Shown one piece after another: positions 8,572 through 16,359 of a stretch of DNA of 51,222 nt. The stretch's first letter is position 1, and each line of letters starts with the position of its first letter. The position numbers were made by a program, and so were the translations under genes. The notes beneath the pieces were generated by a model, which did not search any database, was not told the origin of the DNA, and saw only the letters and a program-made list of their open reading frames with translations. Location: the NCBI GenBank assembly GCA_019352195.1, contig JACAFG010000006.1:1-51222 (forward strand), written 5' to 3'. The DNA is from Candidatus Saccharimonadota bacterium. GTDB taxonomy: Bacteria > Patescibacteriota > Saccharimonadia > UBA4664.

Positions 8572-9210
8572 TTACGAAATACCTTCGGCGATGGCCTCCA
8601 CGGCGATACAGGCGATTTCAGGGTCATCGGCGTCTTGAATGAAGCTGCCAACATCGAGCAGATCAGCGCCAGCATCGATTGCCAAACGGCCGGTTTCTTG
8701 ATTGAGTCCCCCATCGACGGCAATTTCCAAGTTGGGGTTGATGGCGCGCGCTTGGCCGATTTTTTCGAGACAGTCGGCGCGGAATTCGCCGCCATTGTGA
8801 CCCAGTTTGCCGGTAAACACCAACAAATGATCGATGACCGGCAGGACGTCTTTGACCTGGTCAATGGTAGTTTCGACATTGATAGCGAGACCAACTTTTA
8901 TCTCGATGCTGCGCAAATTCTTAAAAAAAGCCTCGCGGTCGAAAGGAGCTTCAAAGTGCACAATGACTAGCTGTGGCAGCAAAGTGACAATATCGTCGAA
9001 CTGGCTTTCTGGGTGATTCATCATCAGGTGCAGGTCGAACGGTACGCCGTCAATGTCATAGACCTGGGTAATACCAACGGTTTTGACATCGGTAAACACG
9101 CCGTCGCCTAGGTCAATGTGCAGTCGCTTGGCAAATGGTTTTACCCGGTTAATACGCCGGGCGTAATCCTCCGGGGTGGTGGTGTTGATAGTCGGGGCGA
9201 CGGAAGCCAT
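8572..9210 (-). CDS. rpe: ribulose-phosphate 3-epimerase-like (divergent)
   Basis: 212 aa. HIDLGDGVF (compare HxDxMDGxFV), DLHLMM and IAVDGGLN motifs. Sits in a PPP gene context. Confidence 0.72.
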   Translation of the reverse strand: MASVAPTINTTTPEDYARRINRVKPFAKRLHIDLGDGVFTDVKTVGITQVYDIDGVPFDLHLMMNHPESQFDDIVTLLPQLVIVHFEAPFDREAFFKNLRSIEIKVGLAINVETTIDQVKDVLPVIDHLLVFTGKLGHNGGEFRADCLEKIGQARAINPNLEIAVDGGLNQETGRLAIDAGADLLDVGSFIQDADDPEIACIAVEAIAEGIS

Positions 9211-9372
9211 GGTTTAATCAATCCTCTTACGGTTATTATGCCTGAAAAGTGGCCATGGCGTAAACGATGGCGGTCACTTCTGCTTCGTCAATGTTTGTCC
9301 AATGAGCGGTTTGACTTTGAAACCAATCCAGAAGGCAAAGACGGTGGCAAACAAACTCAACAGAATGAAAAA

Positions 9373-9759
9373 CTAGGTTCGAGTGGGAACACTATCGGTC
9401 GTCGGCGCATTGATCTGGGGGTTGGACGGCAAGTAGCGAACGGCAATTTCGGTGGCTGCGGCAATGCTCGGCAGGTTTGAGAAGGAATTGATATCAAGCG
9501 GAACAAATTTACTTGTTACCACCTGCCCTGATGTCGTACTGAAATGGTAGTTAACATAACCTACCGGCCAACTTCTTTTGGATCGACTGGCCTGCGAATC
9601 AAGCGTGGCGACAGCGTCAATGCCGTTGGCACGTAACTGGGCCTGACGACTGGTTATAAACCAGACGCTATAAAAGAGCCAAACCGTTACCGCCAGGCAC
9701 AAGACGGCGCTAGCGAAGATGATAAATGCCTTAGTCTTAGTGACTTTGTAGGCGTGCAT
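9373..9759 (-). CDS. membrane-anchored hypothetical protein (possibly DUF3592-like)
   Basis: 128 aa with a single N-terminal TM (AFIIFASAVLCLAVTVWLFYSVWFI) and a beta-rich ectodomain. Confidence 0.55.
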   Translation of the reverse strand: MHAYKVTKTKAFIIFASAVLCLAVTVWLFYSVWFITSRQAQLRANGIDAVATLDSQASRSKRSWPVGYVNYHFSTTSGQVVTSKFVPLDINSFSNLPSIAAATEIAVRYLPSNPQINAPTTDSVPTRT

Positions 9760-9762
9760 CCA

Positions 9763-10209
9763 CTACCCGTAGAGCTCCTCAAGTTCGTCAAGCCGGCGGC
9801 GATATTTGGGGTCACTCTTAAACTCGGCGGCTAGCCAGGCGTCGACCATTTTAATGGCTTGCTCGGCGTCGACGTGGCGCGATGGCAATACCAGCACGTT
9901 GGCGTCGTCATCTGCCATGGCTGAAGCGGCGGTGGCTTCGTTCCAGGCCAGCGCGGCGCGGACCCCGTTGACACGGTTGGCAGCCATACTCATGCCTTGG
10001 CCGGAGCCGCAGATGAGGATACCGCGGTCGTCATCGTCGCCGCCTAAAATTTTGCTGGCCACATAGTAGGCGTAGCGTGGGTAATCGTCGTCGGCATCCA
10101 GGGTTTTGGCCCCGAGGTCTTCGACCTGGTGGCCGGAATGCACCAAGTGTTCGCTCAGCTGAGTTTTGAGTTCGTAACCGGCGTGATCAGCGCCGAGGTA
10201 GATGGTCAT
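9763..10209 (-). CDS. rpiB: ribose-5-phosphate isomerase B
   Basis: 148 aa. MTIYLGADHAGYELK and ICGSGQGMSMAANR motifs are classical RpiB/LacAB. Confidence 0.93.
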   Translation of the reverse strand: MTIYLGADHAGYELKTQLSEHLVHSGHQVEDLGAKTLDADDDYPRYAYYVASKILGGDDDDRGILICGSGQGMSMAANRVNGVRAALAWNEATAASAMADDDANVLVLPSRHVDAEQAIKMVDAWLAAEFKSDPKYRRRLDELEELYG

Positions 10210-10221
10210 TGGTTTTGACCT

Positions 10222-11232
10222 TCAGGCGATCGTTTTACCGACATTGATAACTGATTCGACCAAGCGGTTACTGTAGCCCCACTCGTTGTCGTACCAAGCA
10301 ACGACTTTGAGCAGATTGCCAGCGACAACTTTGGTGAGACCAAGGTCGACGATGGAGCTATGAGGGTTACCGATGAAGTCGGAGCTGACCAGCGGCTCGG
10401 CGGTAGCGTCTAAAATGCCCAGGTATTTGGGGTCGGCGACGGCTTTTTTCAGCACTTCGTTAACTTCTTCGACGGTGACATCGCGCGAGGTAAGGACGGT
10501 AATGTCGGATAGTGATACGACTGGTGTCGGAACGCGCACGCTCATACCGTCAAACTTGCCGGCCAGTTTCGTGTAAGCTTTGGCGGCCGCGGTGGCGGCG
10601 CCGGTGGTGGTGGGTACAATGTTTTCGGCGGCGTTGCGGCCTTCACGCAAGTCCTTGGACGGGGCGTCTTGGAGCGCCTGGCTAGCGGTATAGGAGTGCA
10701 CCGTGGTCATCATGGCTTTTTCGATACCAAAGGCTTCGTCGAGTACTTTGACAATTGGCGCGATTGAGTTAGTGGTACAAGAAGCGTTGGAAATGACGCT
10801 ATCGGTGGCCCCAAGGGCGTCTTCGTTGACGCCAATGACGAAAGTACCGACGCCGTCACCCTTAGCGGGAGCCGAAATTACCACCCGCTTAGCACCCGCA
10901 GTAATGTGCTTGGAGGCGTCTTCGACGTTGGTAAAGCGGCCCGTAGATTCAATCACGACATCCACAGCCAGGTCTTTCCACGGCAATAAGGTGGGGTCTT
11001 TTTCAGCCGTTACTTTAATACTCTTGCCGCCAACGATGAGGTTGGTGTCGTCAAAACTGACGTCCTCATGGTAGGCGCCATAGTTGGAATCGTGCTTAAG
11101 CAGATAGGCCAGCGTTGACGTGCTGGTAAGGTCATTAATCGCGACAACTTCGATCTCAGGGTGACTGAGCGCGATTTTAAACGCGTTGCGGCCGATGCGG
11201 CCAAAGCCATTGATGGCAATTTTGTAACTCAT
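10222..11232 (-). CDS. gap: glyceraldehyde-3-phosphate dehydrogenase (type I)
   Basis: 336 aa. INGFGRIGRN, active-site SNASCTTN, WYDNEWGYS. Confidence 0.95.
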   Translation of the reverse strand: MSYKIAINGFGRIGRNAFKIALSHPEIEVVAINDLTSTSTLAYLLKHDSNYGAYHEDVSFDDTNLIVGGKSIKVTAEKDPTLLPWKDLAVDVVIESTGRFTNVEDASKHITAGAKRVVISAPAKGDGVGTFVIGVNEDALGATDSVISNASCTTNSIAPIVKVLDEAFGIEKAMMTTVHSYTASQALQDAPSKDLREGRNAAENIVPTTTGAATAAAKAYTKLAGKFDGMSVRVPTPVVSLSDITVLTSRDVTVEEVNEVLKKAVADPKYLGILDATAEPLVSSDFIGNPHSSIVDLGLTKVVAGNLLKVVAWYDNEWGYSNRLVESVINVGKTIA

Positions 11233-11368
11233 GGTGTTTGTTTTTACCTTTTATTCTCACTTACCATAACCGGTTTGGGCGTAGAGCGCAAGTTAAATCT
11301 AGTAGTTTTACATTTTTTATGCCATAGTTTTGTCAGCAAATTCACAATTCGAGCCCTAAGGAGCAGCT

Positions 11369-11809
11369 ATGTCCGAACCCGAATTCCCGACCGCTGATTA
11401 CGTATCGGCCCCTGAGCCGAGGCGCCCGGCGAGGCCGTGCCGGCTCGTTGCCAAAGCGGCTGGGTACGCGATCTTGACGTATGTCGGGCTGAGCATGGCT
11501 GTCAGCTTTGGGCGATACCTCCCCATTGTCGGTATGCTCGTCACGGTGATAACGTGCATCTTCATGGGCGCGCTGGCGATCATGGCCAAGCGCCGCTTGC
11601 CCCCGCTTGGAACCCGACTCTGGCATGCCCTGCTTGGGGCGGTGCTCCTTGGTTTGATCAACGGCCCGCTGATTACATGGGATCGGATTTATTCCACGGG
11701 GTGGAACGTTGCCACTGGCGTCCTCGTTGGTGCCACGGCGGGTTGGTTTTGGTGGCCTCAGAAACGAATCAGGCGCCCGCTAACCGATCATCCGTCCGAC
11801 CACAGCTAG
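11369..11809 (+). CDS. orphan multi-TM membrane protein (G+C-rich cassette, gene 1 of 3)
   Basis: 146 aa. AAGGAG SD 5 nt upstream. About 4 TM helices. Lys-poor and Arg/Trp/Pro-rich. Confidence 0.55.
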   Translation: MSEPEFPTADYVSAPEPRRPARPCRLVAKAAGYAILTYVGLSMAVSFGRYLPIVGMLVTVITCIFMGALAIMAKRRLPPLGTRLWHALLGAVLLGLINGPLITWDRIYSTGWNVATGVLVGATAGWFWWPQKRIRRPLTDHPSDHS

Positions 11810-11820
11810 GAAACCGACAA

Positions 11821-12162
11821 ATGACGATAACTCGCAAACGCGCGACCGCCAAACGGTCTGCCTTCCAATCTGCGGTTTTCGGCGCGACCGTAACGGTGGC
11901 GGCGGCAGTAGTACTGCTTCGTTTTGACCCTCGCATCGGCCGCTATCTCGACCTTGGTCTGGTTATTTGGTGCGGGATTTTCGTTGCCCTATTGAGTGCC
12001 GGGGTGGGCTACGTTGTTAGCTACACCAATGAGCAGTCCTACCTGCTAGCACCTGCATGGCTCCGCGCTTTAACGGCGGCTATGATATTCGGGATCTTTT
12101 CGTCGCTGATATATGCCGCGGCGGCGGAAACGACGGACCCAGCAGCATCAATCATGAGCTAG
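11821..12162 (+). CDS. orphan multi-TM membrane protein (gene 2 of 3)
   Basis: Internal ATG of ORF 11437..12162 (MTITRKRATAKRSAFQSAVFGATVTVAAAVVLL...), 11 nt after the stop of the previous gene. 3-4 TM helices. Confidence 0.5.
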   Translation: MTITRKRATAKRSAFQSAVFGATVTVAAAVVLLRFDPRIGRYLDLGLVIWCGIFVALLSAGVGYVVSYTNEQSYLLAPAWLRALTAAMIFGIFSSLIYAAAAETTDPAASIMS

Positions 12163-12468
12163 ATGGTTATGCTCGAGACGCTGCCGTTGGCCTGGCTGGC
12201 TGGCTGGCTGGTACGGTATCTCGCAGTCGATTTTCGCTACTTACTGTCAGCTGTCGACCCGCAAGTCCGCCGACAGATCGTAGCCGGAGTTCAGCTCAAT
12301 GTTCGCTTGAATCGCCTGCCCTTATGGGGCGGGCGATTTCTGCGTTTAGACGAGCCAAATGGCGGTTTTGGCCGCGGTTTCAAGATCGGCCAGCGAGGCC
12401 CCAAAGACGTGGTTAGCACCCGGAATAATGACCAGATGCCGCCACTGCGGCGCCATGACGTCGAATAA
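12163..12468 (+). CDS. possible third cassette ORF; lacks its own stop before entering the convergent hydrolase gene
   Basis: ATG directly follows the TAG of gene 2 (TAGATG). Contains the (CTGG)5 repeat. Its last 123 nt overlap 12346..13122 on the other strand. Confidence 0.3.
   Translation: MVMLETLPLAWLAGWLVRYLAVDFRYLLSAVDPQVRRQIVAGVQLNVRLNRLPLWGGRFLRLDEPNGGFGRGFKIGQRGPKDVVSTRNNDQMPPLRRHDVE
12192..12211 (+). repeat. perfect tetranucleotide microsatellite (CTGG)x5 inside ORF 12163..12468
   Basis: Read directly: cctggctggctggctggctggta. Confidence 0.9.
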
Positions 12469-13122
12469 TAACTTGGACTCGCGGCTGGGCGTGGTTTTGT
12501 CGTCGTCCCCCACGATGATTACGGTTGAAACCTCCAAGTTGGCGGCCAGCAGTTGGCCGTCGTAGTTTAGCCCGTCCCGGAGCAAGTTATAACCCAAAAC
12601 ATTGCGCGATCCGTCGGGTAGCGGCAAGCGGCGCGACACGCGCCAGAGCCAGCGCACGGCAAAATTGATGCGCTTAGCAGCCAACTTGCCGGATACCAAC
12701 GGTGCGATGAGAATGAGTCTTGAAATGAGCTTGGGCTCGGCGCTGGCTAGCATCAGGGCCGCGGCTGCACCCATGCTATGACCGGCTAAGACAAACCGAT
12801 CGTGGTACCACGGCTGCGCGGCCGCCCAGGCGGCCACGTCGGCCATATCTTGGTAGGCGGCCGTCACGGTGGCTTGACGCAGCGTTCCGCCGCTGCGGTT
12901 GGTGGAATGGGTCGCGTCCCAGACAAGCACGTTGTGACCCGTTTCGATGAGCGCGCTCGTGATGGCGCGCAAGGCGTCCGAATCGTGGGCGTCGCTAAGG
13001 CCGTGGGCTAGTAATGCCAGCGGTCGGCCGTTGACCTCGCCGTTAAACCGAATGAATACGTCTAGGCCGTGGCGATTGGTGATGGTGATGGTTTGATGGG
13101 GGTACGCATGGAGATCGATCAT
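12346..13122 (-). CDS. alpha/beta-fold hydrolase
   Basis: 258 aa. Nucleophile elbow GHSMGAAAA and an HGLSD oxyanion-region motif. Confidence 0.85.
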   Translation of the reverse strand: MIDLHAYPHQTITITNRHGLDVFIRFNGEVNGRPLALLAHGLSDAHDSDALRAITSALIETGHNVLVWDATHSTNRSGGTLRQATVTAAYQDMADVAAWAAAQPWYHDRFVLAGHSMGAAAALMLASAEPKLISRLILIAPLVSGKLAAKRINFAVRWLWRVSRRLPLPDGSRNVLGYNLLRDGLNYDGQLLAANLEVSTVIIVGDDDKTTPSRESKLLFDVMAPQWRHLVIIPGANHVFGASLADLETAAKTAIWLV

Positions 13123-13167
13123 GGCTAAAGGTTAGTAAATTAGGCTGAGAAATGGTTGATGGCTAGC

Positions 13168-13665
13168 TTAAATAACGGGGTGGCCAGTATTGAGATACAC
13201 CGGTTTATCCGTGTCATAGGCATCAAATAGCTCGACGAGACGAGGCCGCAGGCGCGGCGCAATGAGCTCCATAGCCTCGGCGCGCGTGGCCCAGCGCCAG
13301 TCACTGACTTCGAGCTTCTGCGGGGTGACGGTGGCGGCGACTTCGGCGCTGACATCGGCAGCAAAGGTAAAGAGCAAATTGCCGTTAGGGGTTAGTTTGT
13401 GCCAAAAATCGACGGCAATGAGGCGATAATGAGCCAGATGGAGCCCAACTTCTTCACCAACCTCGCGGCGGCAGGTTTCAAGCGGGCTCTCCTTGCCGTC
13501 GGAGCCACCCGCGGGGTATTCCCATGAGTTACGGAGGCGATTTTTGATGAGCAAGACTTTGCCACCGGGATCAAAGATGACGGCGCCCGCGCCCACGTAT
13601 TTGGTTCCCCGTAGATACCGGGCCGGGGTAAACGACAGCGCGACTTGCTTGATGCGGGTAAGCAC
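13168..13665 (-). CDS. NUDIX hydrolase
   Basis: 165 aa. Nudix box GGSDGKESPLETCRREVGEEVGL (GX5EX7REUXEEXGU). Confidence 0.88.
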   Translation of the reverse strand: MLTRIKQVALSFTPARYLRGTKYVGAGAVIFDPGGKVLLIKNRLRNSWEYPAGGSDGKESPLETCRREVGEEVGLHLAHYRLIAVDFWHKLTPNGNLLFTFAADVSAEVAATVTPQKLEVSDWRWATRAEAMELIAPRLRPRLVELFDAYDTDKPVYLNTGHPVI

Positions 13666-13667
13666 TG

Positions 13668-14195
13668 TTATTTGGTGGCTTGGTAACGCTTGATAGCGTC
13701 TTCGATCACCTCGATAGCGGCCGCCTGGTCACCCCAGCCGTCAAAGCTGACCTGGGCGCCTTGCCAGTCTTTTTTCCAATCTTTGTAGTGTGCGTAGTAG
13801 TGCTCCACAATACGGGGAAACTCCGGGCCGAGGTCCGACAGGTCCTTAATGTGGTCTTTGGTAATATCATCAGCGGCGACGCAAATGATTTTTTCATCAT
13901 TTTCACCGCCATCAACCATCCGCAACACGCCGACCGGGCGCGCGGGCACACAAACGCCCAGCGGCACTGACTCATCGATCACAAGCAGTGCGTCGAGCGG
14001 GTCGCCGTCTTCGCACAAGGTTGAGGGTATATAGCCATAGTCTGCGGGGTATCCGAGCATGGTGGCATTGACGCGGTCAAGGGTGAGCACGCCGGTCTCT
14101 TTGTCCATTTCGTACTTATTACGCCCACCGCGCATAATTTCGATAATAACGTTAACGGTCTGAGGGGCGCCGCTGCCGGCGGATAATTCGGCCAT
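13668..14195 (-). CDS. ppa: inorganic pyrophosphatase (family I)
   Basis: Start taken at Met34 of the track ORF (GGAG 6 nt upstream), giving 175 aa. NKYEMDKETG, YPADYGYIP and DGDPLDALL motifs. Confidence 0.92.
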   Translation of the reverse strand: MAELSAGSGAPQTVNVIIEIMRGGRNKYEMDKETGVLTLDRVNATMLGYPADYGYIPSTLCEDGDPLDALLVIDESVPLGVCVPARPVGVLRMVDGGENDEKIICVAADDITKDHIKDLSDLGPEFPRIVEHYYAHYKDWKKDWQGAQVSFDGWGDQAAAIEVIEDAIKRYQATK

Positions 14196-14370
14196 GTTTG
14201 CTCCGGATATTAGTGTCTTAGCCTCAAGTATAGCATTGCACACGCGCCCAGATAAGCTTGTGCTATTTGACAAGAGCTTAGGCGTAATTGGCAATTCTAT
14301 TGTGAATATGCCCGTTTAAGCCAACTTAGGTACGGACTTATGATGTTGACAAGTTAAGAGGAGAAGGCAG

Positions 14371-14637
14371 ATGTCGACATTTTGGGAAATAGTTGGATGG
14401 ATTGTTCTTGGTGCATTGGCGGGTTGGATCGCGTCCATGATTACCGGTACCAACGCCCGTATTAACGGTTGGATGAACGTGGCCGTGGGTATCGTCGGCG
14501 CGTTTATCGGTGGCCTGGTCTTGAGACTGTTTGGCGTCTCTACCTCTGGCGTCAGCCTGGCGAGCTTACTCACGGCCATTTTGGGTGCGGTGGTGCTGCT
14601 GGCTATCGTCCGCGCGATGCGATCGAATCCAGTTTAA
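14371..14637 (+). CDS. GlsB/YeaQ/YmgE-family (transglycosylase-associated) small membrane protein
   Basis: 88 aa. IVLGALAGWIASMITG...GIVGAFIGGLVLRLFG is the typical family pattern. Confidence 0.85.
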   Translation: MSTFWEIVGWIVLGALAGWIASMITGTNARINGWMNVAVGIVGAFIGGLVLRLFGVSTSGVSLASLLTAILGAVVLLAIVRAMRSNPV

Positions 14638-14645
14638 GGTCAACT

Positions 14646-14675
14646 AAAAAAGAGCGGCTACGGCCGCTCTTTTTT
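14646..14675. terminator. bidirectional intrinsic terminator
   Basis: aaaaa-agagcggc-tacg-gccgctct-ttttt, between convergent genes. Confidence 0.85.
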
Positions 14676-14687
14676 AGGGTTGCCCAC

Positions 14688-14939
14688 TTAGGCTATCTTA
14701 AGCTCATTGGTGAGCCAGTCTTGGTCAAAACCAACTTTAAATACGACCGACTTATCGTCGCGCGTAATCCGCGTGACCGGTACGCCCATCTGGTTAGACA
14801 GATCAATCATTTCCTTGGCAGCCGCAGCATCTTCTTCAACGTTCACGTCTTCGTAAGCCACGTTGTTCTCGCTTAAGAACTGCTTTTCAGCCTTGCAGTA
14901 GGCACACCAGTTGGTGGAGTAAATTTTCACTTGTGACAT
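14688..14939 (-). CDS. glutaredoxin-like / NrdH-like small thioredoxin-fold protein
   Basis: Start taken at the second Met (GAGGAG upstream). VKIYSTNWCAYCKAEKQFL contains the CxxC motif. Confidence 0.85.
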   Translation of the reverse strand: MSQVKIYSTNWCAYCKAEKQFLSENNVAYEDVNVEEDAAAAKEMIDLSNQMGVPVTRITRDDKSVVFKVGFDQDWLTNELKIA

Positions 14940-14984
14940 ATATAGGGTTCTCCTCATAATCTACTATACCAAATGAAGCAAGCT

Positions 14985-15506
14985 TTATTTGATGAGGTCG
15001 ACAATGGGAGCGGTGACTTCTTCGATGGTACGACTCATTTCGCTGCGTGGTTTTGGCAAGGCGGTAACTGGCGGCGTAGGAGAACTGCCTGGGCGGGCGG
15101 CTCGACTTGGCGCCTGCGGTGCGGCCGTGGCGGCGCCGGCGACTTCACCGCTGACGCTGGCAGGCGTAGTGGCGGTGACAGGCGTCGGTAACAGCTTGGC
15201 CGCGGCTAAGGACGTGGGCGCCGGCGCGGGCGAAGTTGGCTTGGCATTTTGATGGGCAAGTTTGGTGGTCCCAGCCATACCAATAGCGAGGAGCGCCGCC
15301 GCCAGGCCCACCGCCAGAGAGCCTTTGGGTAGGTGCTGTCGCCAAAACTCGCGCCGCAGCTTGAGCGCGTGGCGGACACGCGTGAGTTCGACGCCATCGA
15401 GATATTTGGATAAACGCCGTGTGGGCACACGCAAACGGGTCCCGTCGTTGTAGACGAGCAAAACGGTGGTCTCAGTTTCAATACTGAAGTCCGCAAGTTC
15501 ACTCAT
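14985..15506 (-). CDS. orphan bitopic membrane protein with Ala/Pro/Thr-rich extracytoplasmic tail (G+C-rich)
   Basis: ORF 14985..15533 with ATG at 15506 (alternative TTG at 15533). About 70-aa cytoplasmic domain, TM helix LAVGLAAALLAIGMAG, then a low-complexity tail. Confidence 0.45.
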   Translation of the reverse strand: MSELADFSIETETTVLLVYNDGTRLRVPTRRLSKYLDGVELTRVRHALKLRREFWRQHLPKGSLAVGLAAALLAIGMAGTTKLAHQNAKPTSPAPAPTSLAAAKLLPTPVTATTPASVSGEVAGAATAAPQAPSRAARPGSSPTPPVTALPKPRSEMSRTIEEVTAPIVDLIK

Positions 15507-15612
15507 TGACAAAATGTTATCACGGACGGGCAAGCATAGGAATTATTGATTTTTAGTGAATATTGTGCTTAAATAGGTACGTTCACCGACCCCAACTTGT
15601 TCTGGAGACATC

Positions 15613-16032
15613 TTGTACGCTTACTTTGTGCGGAAGTCTGACCCGACGGCTTACGTCGGCTTCGTCATCGCCTCGCAAATCTATTCGCAGTTGCAGCGCG
15701 GTGAGGAAACCGCTGTGCGACAAGTTGGTACCAGAGTGCGCAACGCGCTTCGGAAGCACTTTCCCCGCACCAACTGGCCCTGGGTTAATCTGGCGGAGTA
15801 CGATTTTGGTCCGAAAGCTCACTTCACCATCGACGGCAATAAGATCTTTCTGACGGGCCAACCGCTGGCCGACCCCGATGATTACCTCCCGTCTGGCGTC
15901 GCTGCGCCCTTGGTGGTCCCGAGCCCGCCGCAACCCGTGGCGATTACCGATAACGGTGCGCCGACCTGCGACTGTCTAGCGCGCGGCAACGTCTGCCGCG
16001 ACCACGATATCTTGCCCGACGACGGTGGCTGA
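15613..16032 (+). CDS. orphan hypothetical protein (G+C-rich cassette)
   Basis: 139 aa. TTG start with GGAG 5 nt upstream. A TTGATT-17-TTAAAT promoter-like element lies in the AT-rich divergent spacer. C-terminal Cys cluster CDCLARGNVC. Confidence 0.45.
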   Translation: MYAYFVRKSDPTAYVGFVIASQIYSQLQRGEETAVRQVGTRVRNALRKHFPRTNWPWVNLAEYDFGPKAHFTIDGNKIFLTGQPLADPDDYLPSGVAAPLVVPSPPQPVAITDNGAPTCDCLARGNVCRDHDILPDDGG

Positions 16033-16041
16033 GTCGCACCT

Positions 16042-16074
16042 GCTGCCGGCAGCGGTTACCTCACCCCGGGGTGA
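16042..16074 (+). terminator. two perfect GC-rich palindromes just after 15613..16032
   Basis: gctgccggcagc (16042-16053) and tcaccccggggtga (16061-16074). A third imperfect hairpin follows at about 16091-16118. Confidence 0.4.
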
Positions 16075-16131
16075 CCTCATTTCATCGACCGCCCTACCCG
16101 CTTCGGCTCTGCCGTGGCGGGTTGGTCATTG

Positions 16132-16296
16132 TTAGACCATAAAACGGTAAACGGCCCAAATTCCTGCGAGGCCGCCTAGGGTACTCATAAGAATGCCCCA
16201 GCCCGAAAACGCCCCGGCGTTCCATAAATTGGGAACGAAGCCGCCGATGGTTCCACCGATGGTAGCGCCAATGAGATATAGGGTTTTGGGGCTCAT
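16132..16296 (-). CDS. possible small Gly-rich membrane protein (54 aa), below ORF-track cutoff
   Basis: Manual translation: MSPKTLYLIGATIGGTIGGFVPNLWNAGAFSGWGILMSTLGGLAGIWAVYRFMV*. Two hydrophobic segments, weak SD. Confidence 0.4.
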   Translation of the reverse strand: MSPKTLYLIGATIGGTIGGFVPNLWNAGAFSGWGILMSTLGGLAGIWAVYRFMV

Positions 16297-16359
16297 GCGC
16301 TTAGCCTAGCATAAGCGTATCGGTTTGTCGCTTGCGAGCCAGGTTTGCTGCGATAGGCG

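Noticed and set aside
12057-12416. Alternative-frame ORF (119 aa) overlapping cassette genes 2 and 3
   Set aside because: The start lies inside gene 2 with no SD, and the translation is Arg/Ser/Pro-rich low complexity. It is most likely another GC-driven open frame, although in this cassette the correct frame for the third gene is genuinely uncertain.
13668-14294. N-terminal extensions of track ORFs (ppa 14196-14294, typA 19405-19431, cyoA 25737-25787, cyoD 29118-29240, ABC ATPase 38007-38093, VKOR 43388-43426, rhodanese 45800-45829, GNAT 18180-18206)
   Set aside because: The extensions start at non-ATG codons or lack an SD. They add residues not seen at the N-termini of these families, and internal ATGs have good SD sites or overlap the upstream stop codon.
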